From the IMG/VR virus record IMGVR_UViG_3300045988_167732, positions 64,001-128,000 of that record: 64,000 nucleotides of DNA; one strand, 5' to 3'. The position numbers and the translations under genes were made by a program. The notes beneath the pieces are model-generated. The model was given only the letters and a program-made list of their open reading frames with translations, was not told the DNA's origin and made no database searches. Positions within the stretch are counted from its first letter, which is position 1; each line of letters begins with the position of its first letter. Below are positions 33,498 through 42,687 of this stretch, in pieces. The stretch is from a virus.

Positions 33498-34318
33498 TTT
33501 ATTTAGATATGTATGGCATAGATGAATATCAAGACGAAAAAGCTAAAATCCTTTCTAAAGGTGAAAAGCCTAACAGACATAATATTGTTCAATTTATTGC
33601 GGCTATGACTTGCTTGACGAAAGATTTAGGTGATATGGATTTTGGGGAATTTGTTTATAAAAAGCCTGAGAACAAAAATGATTGGATGATTCTTTATAGC
33701 ATTTCTAAAAAATTCGATGCTATTCTTGAATATTTCTATGAATTGATTGTATGGCAACCAAGTTGGTTTGTGTCTTTAGTAAGTAATGCTTCATTATGGA
33801 GTGGAAAAACAAGTCGAAAGCTGCCACAACCTTTTACTTATCTTAATGATGGTACATCTTATAACAACCTATTAAATAGTAAACATTTCCATATTACTTG
33901 GTTTGATATTGCCGAAAGAAGAGTAGTTTTTGAAGAAAATGAGGTTATTATTAATAAAGCATTTGAACGTGCATTAAACGGCAACAACAAAATTTGTAAT
34001 AAGTATTTTGGAAGTTTGGGATTTTATATTACTCGTCATTGGCATGATTTACAATTTGCATTTGCTCTTTTAAATTATTTAACAATTCGTATTACTCTTG
34101 ATAAATATGAAAAGGAATCTTGTATTTGGCGCACTTTAGAACAACATAATATTATAAATAATCCAAAAAATTGTAATGAAATAAGACAAACAATGGTTAC
34201 AATTCACAAGCTTCATTTGTCTATTAATGCAGTTAATTCAATATTAAATTTTAATTCTGATTCTATTGCTACTGAAAAAGAAAGAGCGCGTAATAATTAT
34301 TACAATTACTGGATTTAA
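33494..34318 (+). CDS. hypothetical protein (274 aa)
   Basis: ORF track; ATGA overlap. Confidence 0.7.
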   Translation: MIYLDMYGIDEYQDEKAKILSKGEKPNRHNIVQFIAAMTCLTKDLGDMDFGEFVYKKPENKNDWMILYSISKKFDAILEYFYELIVWQPSWFVSLVSNASLWSGKTSRKLPQPFTYLNDGTSYNNLLNSKHFHITWFDIAERRVVFEENEVIINKAFERALNGNNKICNKYFGSLGFYITRHWHDLQFAFALLNYLTIRITLDKYEKESCIWRTLEQHNIINNPKNCNEIRQTMVTIHKLHLSINAVNSILNFNSDSIATEKERARNNYYNYWI

Positions 34319-34349
34319 AATAAATTAATTTAAAAAGGAGATAACTATA

Positions 34350-34790
34350 ATGCCTAAATCTCGTATGGCACGCAATTTTAAAGCTCGCAAAAATAGTTCT
34401 ATTAATTACACACTTCTTGCTCGTCAAAAGGAATTTCCTAAGTTGATTTGCAAGAAGAACCTTCCCACTCCTGATACCAAAGATAGTGACAATCCTAATA
34501 ATGTCAAGTACATTCTTAAGGAAAATGATACTCAGTGTACTATCTTCTCTACAGAGCTTAAATCTCAGGATAATCACAAAGACCCTCTTTATTTAATTGT
34601 GGGTGCTCTTACTGGTGCTCTTCTTCTTACTGATAAGGAAATTGAAGAGTATTTTGATTTGACTCCTATGATTGATAAGAAGCTCACCCTTAAGGACGCT
34701 CCTTATAAGAATACTGGCGTTAAGATTGAGTATGACACAAATGATATTCCTACAGATATTGTCGATTTTAAGGGTGCCCCCATTAAGTAA
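34350..34790 (+). CDS. hypothetical protein (146 aa)
   Basis: ORF track; SD AAGGAG; biased codons. Confidence 0.7.
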   Translation: MPKSRMARNFKARKNSSINYTLLARQKEFPKLICKKNLPTPDTKDSDNPNNVKYILKENDTQCTIFSTELKSQDNHKDPLYLIVGALTGALLLTDKEIEEYFDLTPMIDKKLTLKDAPYKNTGVKIEYDTNDIPTDIVDFKGAPIK

Positions 34791-34801
34791 AGGAGAATAA
34801 T

Positions 34802-36940
34802 ATGAAAAAGAATGATTTCCCCACTAACCCCGTAGCTTTTGCTCAATATGTTTGGGAAAATATTGAAGTTGGAGACACATTGGTTGATAGACTTCGCAAT
34901 GTTTGGCAAGTAACTTCCTTTGTAAGTGACGGCAATCGTAAAGTAAGAATTAACATTAGTTGTACTGACAACGAAGATTTTACGGGTTGTTATAACGGGG
35001 ATAAAAAGAAATTAACTCGTTTTGACCTTGCTTCCAAGCAATATATTTATATTGACAACACAGTTGTTCCTATTCCTGCTGTTGAAGATTGGAATATTAA
35101 AACCTTTGTTCAGAACTATAATACTCTTTGGAGTATCCTTGATGTATTAAAGATTCCAACAAAAGAAGAATGCGCAGATATTTTTTCTATTTTTTATTTA
35201 ACTCAAGAAACTGAAAGAGATTTAGAGGAAAAGAATAAGAAGCTATCTACTTGCAGAACACTTAAAGATTTAAAATCCAAATTCTCAGAATACGATTTAG
35301 ATGGAGACAAGCTTCGAGAAAAATGTGTTAATTGTCTCCCAAAAGAGGACACAAAAATGACAGAAAACGAAAAAAATTACTTCCTTAAAAATAAGGGAAA
35401 AACGGGTGTCGATACCCAATTAAAATCCGCATTTTATTCGCAGGAAGATTTGGATGCCGCTATTGAAAAAATTGGTGACTTCCTTGAAACCCATACAAAT
35501 ACTGCTAAAAACAAATGTAAAGAATCCGTTAAGAAATTTACAGGCTTTTCTGATGAGGATTTGGATGAAATTTGTACACGAGTGGTGGACACTTTTTATT
35601 CGGCTTCCGATTTTTCTAAGAAAACTTTCGACGAATTTAAGAGCTGGATGAAAGAAAAGTATAATAACTGTACAAAAGAGGTTAAAGAAGAATCTAAAGA
35701 GGAACCTAAAACTAAGACTGAAACTGTTAAAGTAAACAATAATCAGTCTGTTATTACCGTTGATAATAATGATACGGATACTGGAACGCATAAGGTTGGT
35801 AGTACTGATACAGAACAGCCAAAGCCTGTCTTTAAGCTCGGTGATGTTGTCTATACTAAGGGAGAATCTGTTGGCTATATTTCTCGTATTGGGTATACTG
35901 ATAGATATTGTTATTATTATTGGACACCAATTATCGTTTCTTCTAATGATAAGACACTTAAACATTTTATGGTGGATGAAGAAAGGGGCTTAACTTATCC
36001 CTATGAAACCCATTATAAGCGTATTGGCAATTACCTTATGTCTGACCTTAATTGCGTTAAGGAAATGGCTCGTATTGATTCTGTTTATAAGTTAAGTGAA
36101 GATAATCTTAAGCAGTTTCCTTATCTTGATAAGTATATAAATAACTTTAAAGATAATGAAGACGAAGAAAACGAAGGAGATACAGAAGATACAACCGACT
36201 TTATTAACAGACCTTTCCATATCGGAGATATTGTAATTGATAAAAATGGAAACGTAGGTTATATTTCTGAAATTTGTTCCAGAGATAATACTTGGTTTTA
36301 TTATTATGTTCCTGTTGTTATTGAACCTAACCATATTGCTTTTAAGATTCAAAAACCTCTCGATGTTACCCTTGAAAATTATATTCAAATTGGAGCATGG
36401 GATTTAACTTATAGTGGAGCAAGAAAAAATCTTTCTCGTTTTAAAGAATTTAAGAATTTATCTTTAACTTATAACAAGGAACTCCCCGAAGAACTTCTTA
36501 AAGAATTTCTTGATAGAAACAAAGAATCCCTTAGTAAAAAGAAGACCGATGAAAAAGATAATAATACATCTACAACAGATAATGCAACACCTCCATCCAG
36601 CAGAAAAGTTGTTAGTGCTGATTCACTTCCTAATTATCTTAGTAAGCTTCATCTTACTGATTCTGCTTATAGCTATGAAGTAAATACTAAACTTACTACT
36701 GACATTGTTCGTAAGCTGAATGAAGTTATCGAAACTCTTGATGATATTATTTGGTATCACCTTCAAGAAAAAGAAAGATAGAACGAATTGAAAGGCACAC
36801 TACCATCATCTGAAAAGGTTAGTAATTATTCCTCTGTTTATAATACAGTTCGAAAAAATGCCGATATTTCATGGCCATCATGGAAAAAGGAAGTTTTTAA
36901 TAATAGTTGCGCTATTTCAACACACGCAAAAAAATTGTAA
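34802..36940 (+). CDS. large hypothetical protein (712 aa) with an internal domain duplication and one in-frame TAG
   Basis: ORF 34802-36781 ends at TAG; the frame stays open 53 more codons to TAA 36938-36940, which is immediately followed by a strong terminator. Confidence 0.7.
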
Positions 36941-36967
36941 TGAAGTAATTGAATCATAATTTATTTT

Positions 36968-37010
36968 AAACTTGTTTATCTCATATCGGATAAACAAGTT
37001 TATTTTTTAT
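36968..37010 (+). terminator. rho-independent terminator
   Basis: 13-bp stem AAACTTGTTTATC/GATAAACAAGTTT followed by a T-run. Confidence 0.8.
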
Positions 37011-37119
37011 TTTAAATTGTACTTGGCACCTTGACTTTTATGTGTTATACTATATATGGGTTAATAGAATTTGCCGTATTGTGCAATTATTAATACTACT
37101 TATGTAAAGGAGATAATTT

Positions 37120-38547
37120 ATGGCTGAATAGAAATAGAGCCTTTATCTTAGAGTTTAGGAAAAATTATCTAATGTTTCTACTGTTAATAGTTATAAAGAA
37201 CTTTGTAAATTACTGGACGAACCTGATTATTCTCGTCCTTCAAAAGCTGCTCAACTTAAAAGACAAGAAAAAGAATGGAAGAAATGTTTTACATGGAGAA
37301 GAAAAAAAGAAAAATATACTTCAATAAAAATAGTTTCTCCTGATGAATATTATTTGGCTATTTTAAAACAGCTTTATCAAAATAGCTCTATTTGGGCTTT
37401 CTTTTCTTTTTTGAATGTTTATAGTCAATATACTAATAACGCAAGACTTTGTGTTTCTAAAGGAGATATTGCTTTAGCCGTTGGTTTACAAAATGAAAAC
37501 TATAAAGATTTTCATGTTTCTTCTTATAGTTACGGTAGAAGATTAGAAGAATATACTTTAGGTTTAAAAGATTCTAAATATCCTTTTGTTACTACTCCTA
37601 AAAAAGAAATTAGAGAACAAAGAAAAAAAGATGATGAATCTGCTTATGGTTTAACTAAACGTACACAAAATTTACTCGATGATTATGATTCTCATACTTC
37701 TAAGCAAAATTATTATCAAGTTGAATCTATGTTAAACAAACTTGAAGAAGAAGGCGCTATTCTCCTTCATAAAACCTTTGTGGGAGGATTTATTGATAAA
37801 AAAGCACTTCCTTTTGATGCTGATTATTCAACTATATATGAAGAAAATGGTAATTTTTATTTGCCTGTTAAAAATGGAGAACCTTTATTAGTTACTTATT
37901 ATGAAAGAGCTTTAACAGATGAAGAATTGGCTAACTTCCTTAACTTACGTGGCTCTATAATGGTTGATTTAAAATGTCATGGATTATCAGAAGTTTTCAT
38001 TTCTGGTCAACAAGATGATTTTAATAAGAAACTTTCTAAATCTTAGTTAATAGAATTTGGTGCTTTATTTATTTACCCTTCTTATTTAATAAATTATTCT
38101 TCCGACCTTGTAGCATTAAATCAATCTTATTATAAAACTCTTATGGCTAATTTTTATAATGAACAGCTACTTAAGAAAAATTTAACAGCTAATAATAAAG
38201 AAACACAACAAAAAATACTTAAACTAAAAACTGAAAGATAGTCTAAAGAAAAAGGCAAGTGCCGAAATACTTTTACTAAGCATGATGGAACTGTTGTGTT
38301 TTCTGATAAAAAAGAAGAAGAAGCAGTACAGCTTTCGCAATATTATGAAGCTTTCTTATACGAAAAGCTAAATAAAGACCTTATTCAACTTAATTTAGAT
38401 AAACTTATACCTCAAAATCTTGAATCTCTTTCTTCTAATTCTACAGAAAAAAGCTCTACTTGGGAAAGCTTGTTTAATAAATCTTGGACTAAAATTAAAA
38501 ATACCGAAAATTATTAGAAAAATTAGATTGTGGTTCCAGATACATAA
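37120..38547 (+). CDS. hypothetical protein (475 aa) with seven in-frame TAG codons
   Basis: ATG after AAAGGAG; ORFs 37354-38046 and 38296-38517 share this frame; no TAA/TGA for 476 codons; TAG at 37129, 37135, 37156, 38044, 38239, 38515 and 38524. Confidence 0.75.
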
Positions 38548-38603
38548 TTTGTGAGCCTCTTTAATTGTCATTTTCCCCTTATTTTTTCTATATTTAATTT
38601 TTT

Positions 38604-38690
38604 AAAAGTGTCCTGACTTTCGTAAGTATAATAATTATTTATAATAATAGAGAAAGTCAAGACACTTTTAAAAATTTTTTCGTAGATAAA
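38604..38690. terminator. long hairpin, probably a bidirectional terminator
   Basis: AAAAGTGTCCTGACTTTC pairs with GAAAGTCAAGACACTTTT (one mismatch), flanked by A- and T-runs. Confidence 0.55.
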
Positions 38691-38718
38691 ATAAGGCTTT
38701 AATGAACTTTTTAGAGGC

Positions 38719-38950
38719 TCAAGAGTTTGTACTTCAGCACCGTTATTTTAAAAACCACACGACAGAAAATGAAAGAAAGGTTAGAGTTTGTTGAAGTGAG
38801 CCTTGCGAACGATTACAAACTCTTACTCCTTTCTTCATTTGGCAGTCGTAACCGCGAGAGGATGTTTGCATTATGAAAGAGAGAGCATTAGCGACGGATG
38901 GAGCGTAATGCGACCATCTTTCATAATGATACAAACACCGCATCACGGTG
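38719..38950 (+). other. G+C-enriched structured intergenic element (candidate ncRNA)
   Basis: Two imperfect helices of about 20-25 bp (38767-38840 and 38861-38930); AAGAGTTTGT (38721) and TAGAGTTTGT (38782) compete for ACAAACTCTT (38815). Confidence 0.4.
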
Positions 38951-38951
38951 G

Positions 38952-39013
38952 ATTATCGGCGAAGCACCTTCGTAATAATAAATTATCGTAATGAAGCACT
39001 TTCGTAATAATAA
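38952..39013 (+). repeat. tandem direct repeat (30 + 32 nt)
   Basis: ATTATCG-N-GAAGCAC(C/T)TTCGTAATAATAA twice, directly upstream of the promoter at 39035. Confidence 0.8.
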
Positions 39014-39034
39014 CAAAAAATCTTTATTAAACTA

Positions 39035-39063
39035 TTGACTTTTTACTCTATATCTGTTATTAT
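39035..39063 (+). promoter_or_regulatory. sigma70-type promoter
   Basis: TTGACT, 17-nt spacer, TGTTATTAT. Confidence 0.6.
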
Positions 39064-39200
39064 ATCTATGCTGAGAAAGATAATTGATAAAATATAAGTA
39101 CCTTTCTTTCGTAACACCAAAATTCTGGAAGTTCTTAGTGAAGTGGAGTGCTTGCACGAACACTAAACTTAGAACTTCCCCTGTGAATGGAGTTTGTATT

Positions 39201-39518
39201 ATGAAATCTATGAAACTTAATACCTCTGCTAAGTATAAAAACAATAAGTTCCAGATTAAGTATCTTAAATATAAGAGATATAATATGGTCTTATTTGCTA
39301 CTTACTCTACAGGATATAATAACGATAATGTCTTTTTACATAGATACGAACCTTTTATCTATTTTGATAGAACTTCAAGAACTCTTCATTATGTAAGTGA
39401 TATTGACTATATTACTTACTATGGAGCTGATATTAACATTAAACCTCTTATGATTCGTTTTGGTATTAATGCTTGGAGATATCTTACTCAGGAATATAAT
39501 GAGAATAATCGTGAGTAA
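39201..39518 (+). CDS. hypothetical protein (105 aa)
   Basis: ATG 39201 after TGGAG; a leader of about 130 nt contains the GGAAGTTCT..AGAACTTCC hairpin. Confidence 0.65.
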   Translation: MKSMKLNTSAKYKNNKFQIKYLKYKRYNMVLFATYSTGYNNDNVFLHRYEPFIYFDRTSRTLHYVSDIDYITYYGADINIKPLMIRFGINAWRYLTQEYNENNRE

Positions 39519-39568
39519 TGCTCACGCAATAATAACGTGCTTGATTAAAAAATAAAGGAAGTGTAATT

Positions 39569-40063
39569 ATGGGTTCTATTCTTACTCATACGTTTGGTAC
39601 TTATACTGTATTTCGTACTATTCATTCTATCTATGAGAATACTAATGAGGTCGCTCCTTGTATCGTAGCTTTTACTCCTTGTGATGATATGATGTTAAGT
39701 ACTAGTACTATGGAGTATGAACTTCAAGATATATTCGATACTTTTGATTATCTTTTGAAAAATCAGTTTGACCTTTTTGCTAAGTCTGCTATCTATGAAG
39801 GTAATTCTTCTCCTTTGAATATCTCTGGACTTGTTGATGAAGTTGTTGAAATTATGGAAAAGAATTATAATTTTTATAGATGTAGTATTGAAATTGTTAA
39901 GCCTATTGAAGATGTTTACCTTGAAGAACTAACCGGTATTCGTGATATGAATAAGAAGAAAGAAATTAAGAAAGTTAATATTCAGTTTGCTGACGGTATG
40001 GTTACAGATAAAGATAAAGCTAAGGCTAAGAAGTTGGAAGAAGAATATAACTCTAAAAAATAA
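39569..40063 (+). CDS. hypothetical protein (164 aa)
   Basis: ORF track; SD AAAGGAAG. Confidence 0.7.
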   Translation: MGSILTHTFGTYTVFRTIHSIYENTNEVAPCIVAFTPCDDMMLSTSTMEYELQDIFDTFDYLLKNQFDLFAKSAIYEGNSSPLNISGLVDEVVEIMEKNYNFYRCSIEIVKPIEDVYLEELTGIRDMNKKKEIKKVNIQFADGMVTDKDKAKAKKLEEEYNSKK

Positions 40064-40078
40064 GGAGCAAATTAAATT

Positions 40079-40564
40079 ATGATTACTTATTTTAAATTTA
40101 AAGATATGATTGATATTGCTTATCATAGTAATAATGATTGTTTATATTTGTCTTTTTCTGATGATTATCTTCAAAATAACTCTCCTTTTAAGAATTCTAA
40201 TGACTATCCTATTTATTATACAAAGCGTACCACTGATAATAAAGAAGACCTTGAAAATAATATTGTCAGTATTATTCTTAAGTTACATCCTAATGATATT
40301 TTTGGTTATAACTCTGGTTGCTATATTGAGCATTTCATTAATAAATTCAATAAGAAAATCGGTGTTTATGACTATGACTGGGACAGCTTTTTGAGAGTGT
40401 TCAAAAAACAGCCTTTGCTTAAGTTTACTAAACTTATCATTGGTAACAGTGATGATATTAATGATGAGTACGCTGTTATTTCAGCTTTGTATCTTATGTG
40501 TAAGAATCCTAACTTTGCTACATTGGCAGATGCAGGGTTTAAGTTTATTAATATGGAGGGTTAA
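40079..40564 (+). CDS. hypothetical protein, tandem paralog A
   Basis: C-terminus LLKFTKLI..YAVISALYLMC..AGFKF shared with the next gene. Confidence 0.7.
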   Translation: MITYFKFKDMIDIAYHSNNDCLYLSFSDDYLQNNSPFKNSNDYPIYYTKRTTDNKEDLENNIVSIILKLHPNDIFGYNSGCYIEHFINKFNKKIGVYDYDWDSFLRVFKKQPLLKFTKLIIGNSDDINDEYAVISALYLMCKNPNFATLADAGFKFINMEG

Positions 40565-40567
40565 AAA

Positions 40568-41074
40568 ATGTCTGAACGTATTTATAATTTTCAGGATATC
40601 CTTTATCTTAATTATTATACCGAAGAAGATAGCGAACATCACTTGATTGTTGATAATTTGGCTATTGATATGACTTGGGAGTATTCTCGTGAAAATGCTC
40701 CTTTTGGCAAGAATGGCGATTTGAGTAAGGCTATTGAATTTTGTAATCGTGTAGACAATGTTGTTTATAGAGGTTATAAGTATAGTAAAGATAGCAGTGT
40801 TATTTTTACTACTGGTGTTACTTTTTTGAATTTTACACAGACTGTTCAAGATGCCATTGATAATAAGAATGGTTGGACTATGAAGGGTTTAGCTGAGCTG
40901 TTTGAATCTTTGCCCTTGTCTAAATTTACTTCTCTTATTCAGGTTTGTAGTGATGGCGTTTATATTGATAGTACTTATGCTGTTATTTCTTGTCTGTATA
41001 CTTTGTGTAATGGCTTGAATGTTCCTTTGGTTACTGAGAGCGGGTTTAAGTTGGAAAAGTTTACTATTTCCTAA
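40568..41074 (+). CDS. hypothetical protein, tandem paralog B
   Basis: C-terminus LSKFTSLI..YAVISCLYTLC..SGFKL. Confidence 0.7.
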   Translation: MSERIYNFQDILYLNYYTEEDSEHHLIVDNLAIDMTWEYSRENAPFGKNGDLSKAIEFCNRVDNVVYRGYKYSKDSSVIFTTGVTFLNFTQTVQDAIDNKNGWTMKGLAELFESLPLSKFTSLIQVCSDGVYIDSTYAVISCLYTLCNGLNVPLVTESGFKLEKFTIS

Positions 41075-41117
41075 TTGGTATTAAAAATTTTTTAGAATTA
41101 TTTAAGGGGATACTTTT

Positions 41118-41804
41118 ATGAAGTGGTTTGTTGATGGATATATTCTCAATGTTCATTTTGTCTATGATGCATTATCTGATACTCTTACATTTGATGGACA
41201 GAGTAATAGTATTGGTTTAACTGGTGATAAAAGCCATGCGTGTGATGTTGTAAAAGAAAAAATTTATTGTGGTACTGAATATGTGCGTGATGTTAAAATT
41301 AGTAATGCTGAAATTGTAAAGGATAATTGTGAGCATTACCCACGCAATGATTATTTTACTTTTAACTTTTCTAAAACTGTCACGATTATTAAGGCTATAC
41401 AGATTAAGAACTTTACAAGTACTTTATATAATAGATGGCAGAAATTTGAGAAAATTAAGCCCAATGAAAATCCTATCAATGAATCTTGGACTGATTATTA
41501 TGATTATTATACTTGGTACATTTCTTTAGTAGCTACCTTTAGTAATTTCCTTATGCAGAATTATATTAAGGTTCAAGGTAAAAAGCCTTATAAAGAACTT
41601 GAATCTGATATTAATGCTTGGTTTGATTATATTAAGCGAAAGTATAAAGGTGAGACTAAAGTTAAAACTTTTGATAATATTATGAATATTGAAGATTTCT
41701 TTAGAGCTTTGATGTTCTTCTGCTCTGATTTTAAAATTTTTGGCTACATTGATGGCGGTTGGAATGAAGAGTTAAAGTTCGTTGACAGAGGTTTAATGTT
41801 GTGA
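41118..41804 (+). CDS. hypothetical protein (228 aa)
   Basis: ORF track; SD AAGGGG. Confidence 0.7.
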   Translation: MKWFVDGYILNVHFVYDALSDTLTFDGQSNSIGLTGDKSHACDVVKEKIYCGTEYVRDVKISNAEIVKDNCEHYPRNDYFTFNFSKTVTIIKAIQIKNFTSTLYNRWQKFEKIKPNENPINESWTDYYDYYTWYISLVATFSNFLMQNYIKVQGKKPYKELESDINAWFDYIKRKYKGETKVKTFDNIMNIEDFFRALMFFCSDFKIFGYIDGGWNEELKFVDRGLML

Positions 41805-41877
41805 AAGTTGTGAAAGAAGATATTTTATTTAAAATTGTTTGTTTAATAACAAATCTTTTCTTTTGAGGTAAGGTAAG

Positions 41878-41958
41878 ATGAATTATGATATTGCGCTTGC
41901 TATGGCACTTGGACTTGCATTATTTGCTTTGGCTGTTTTGATGCCTTTGATTTTATAA
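41878..41958 (+). CDS. hydrophobic mini-protein (26 aa)
   Basis: Hand-translated MNYDIALAMALGLALFALAVLMPLIL; GAGGTAAGG upstream. Confidence 0.35.
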   Translation: MNYDIALAMALGLALFALAVLMPLIL

Positions 41959-41994
41959 TAATTGCAAGTATAATATTTTTTATATGAGGATATT

Positions 41995-42126
41995 ATGGAT
42001 TTTAATACTTTTTTAGATTTATGCTTAGCTGTTATGGTCGGAGCTTTAGTAACTGTTTTTGTTGTTCTTCTTTTTTGTGGTCTTGCGTTCATTCTTTATA
42101 ATTTCAAGAAAGTTTTGAAAAAGTAG
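41995..42126 (+). CDS. hydrophobic mini-protein (43 aa; plus 6 aa if the TAG is read through)
   Basis: Hand-translated MDFNTFLDLCLAVMVGALVTVFVVLLFCGLAFILYNFKKVLKK; SD GAGGA. Confidence 0.4.
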   Translation: MDFNTFLDLCLAVMVGALVTVFVVLLFCGLAFILYNFKKVLKK

Positions 42127-42160
42127 ATGTTTTTTATTCTGAGATGAGGTGTAATTGTAA

Positions 42161-42655
42161 ATGAATAAGGAAGAGTTTATTAAATTGCAAAAAGAAAAGT
42201 TTGATAAACAAATTAAATCTGCTTTTGATAAAGAACCATTTGTAACTATCTTTACTGATGCTATTCAGTCTTCTTGCCATGGTCATTTTTCGTATTGTGA
42301 TATGTATAGTGGTTATAACAGTACATGGGTGGAAAATTTTAAAAGATTGTTTAATGGTACTTTAAGATATCATGTCTATACTATTGATAAATGGGTTAGC
42401 TTTAGATGTAAATGTGGATGTAATTCATTTTATATTTGGGATAGTGGATATGTATGTTCTGAGTGTTTTAAGACCTATTGTTTAAGTATTGAAGGTATTA
42501 TAAAGACATTTGTAAATAAAGAAGATAGTATTGCGCTAAATAGAGTTGAGAATGTTCCTACTATTAGATGGCATAAATTTGGTATGATTGATAAGAATGA
42601 ATTTAATGAGTTTATGAAAAATTGTACTAACCCTGAACAGGTTGTGTACTGGTAA
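42161..42655 (+). CDS. Cys-rich zinc-ribbon protein, paralog A
   Basis: ORF track; CKCGC..CSEC. Confidence 0.7.
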   Translation: MNKEEFIKLQKEKFDKQIKSAFDKEPFVTIFTDAIQSSCHGHFSYCDMYSGYNSTWVENFKRLFNGTLRYHVYTIDKWVSFRCKCGCNSFYIWDSGYVCSECFKTYCLSIEGIIKTFVNKEDSIALNRVENVPTIRWHKFGMIDKNEFNEFMKNCTNPEQVVYW

Positions 42656-42687
42656 ATAAATTTACCAAAACAGGAGGTTTATTGATA

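Noticed and set aside
37031-37060. sigma70 promoter for the TAG-rich gene (TTGACT at 37031)
   Set aside because: The obvious TATACT lies only 9 nt from the -35. The best spacing gives a weak TATATG. It is left unannotated as a feature.
38719-38950. Retron msr/msd-like ncRNA (long inverted repeats)
   Set aside because: No reverse transcriptase ORF lies nearby or anywhere in the window.
38743-38991. 67-aa (-) and 62-aa (+) ORFs in the structured intergenic region
   Set aside because: They have no SD, mutually overlap on opposite strands within long inverted repeats, and have implausible composition.
38952-39013. Second CRISPR array
   Set aside because: The two 30-nt units are directly adjacent with no spacer and are AT-rich. 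They are more likely regulator binding sites upstream of the promoter at 39035.
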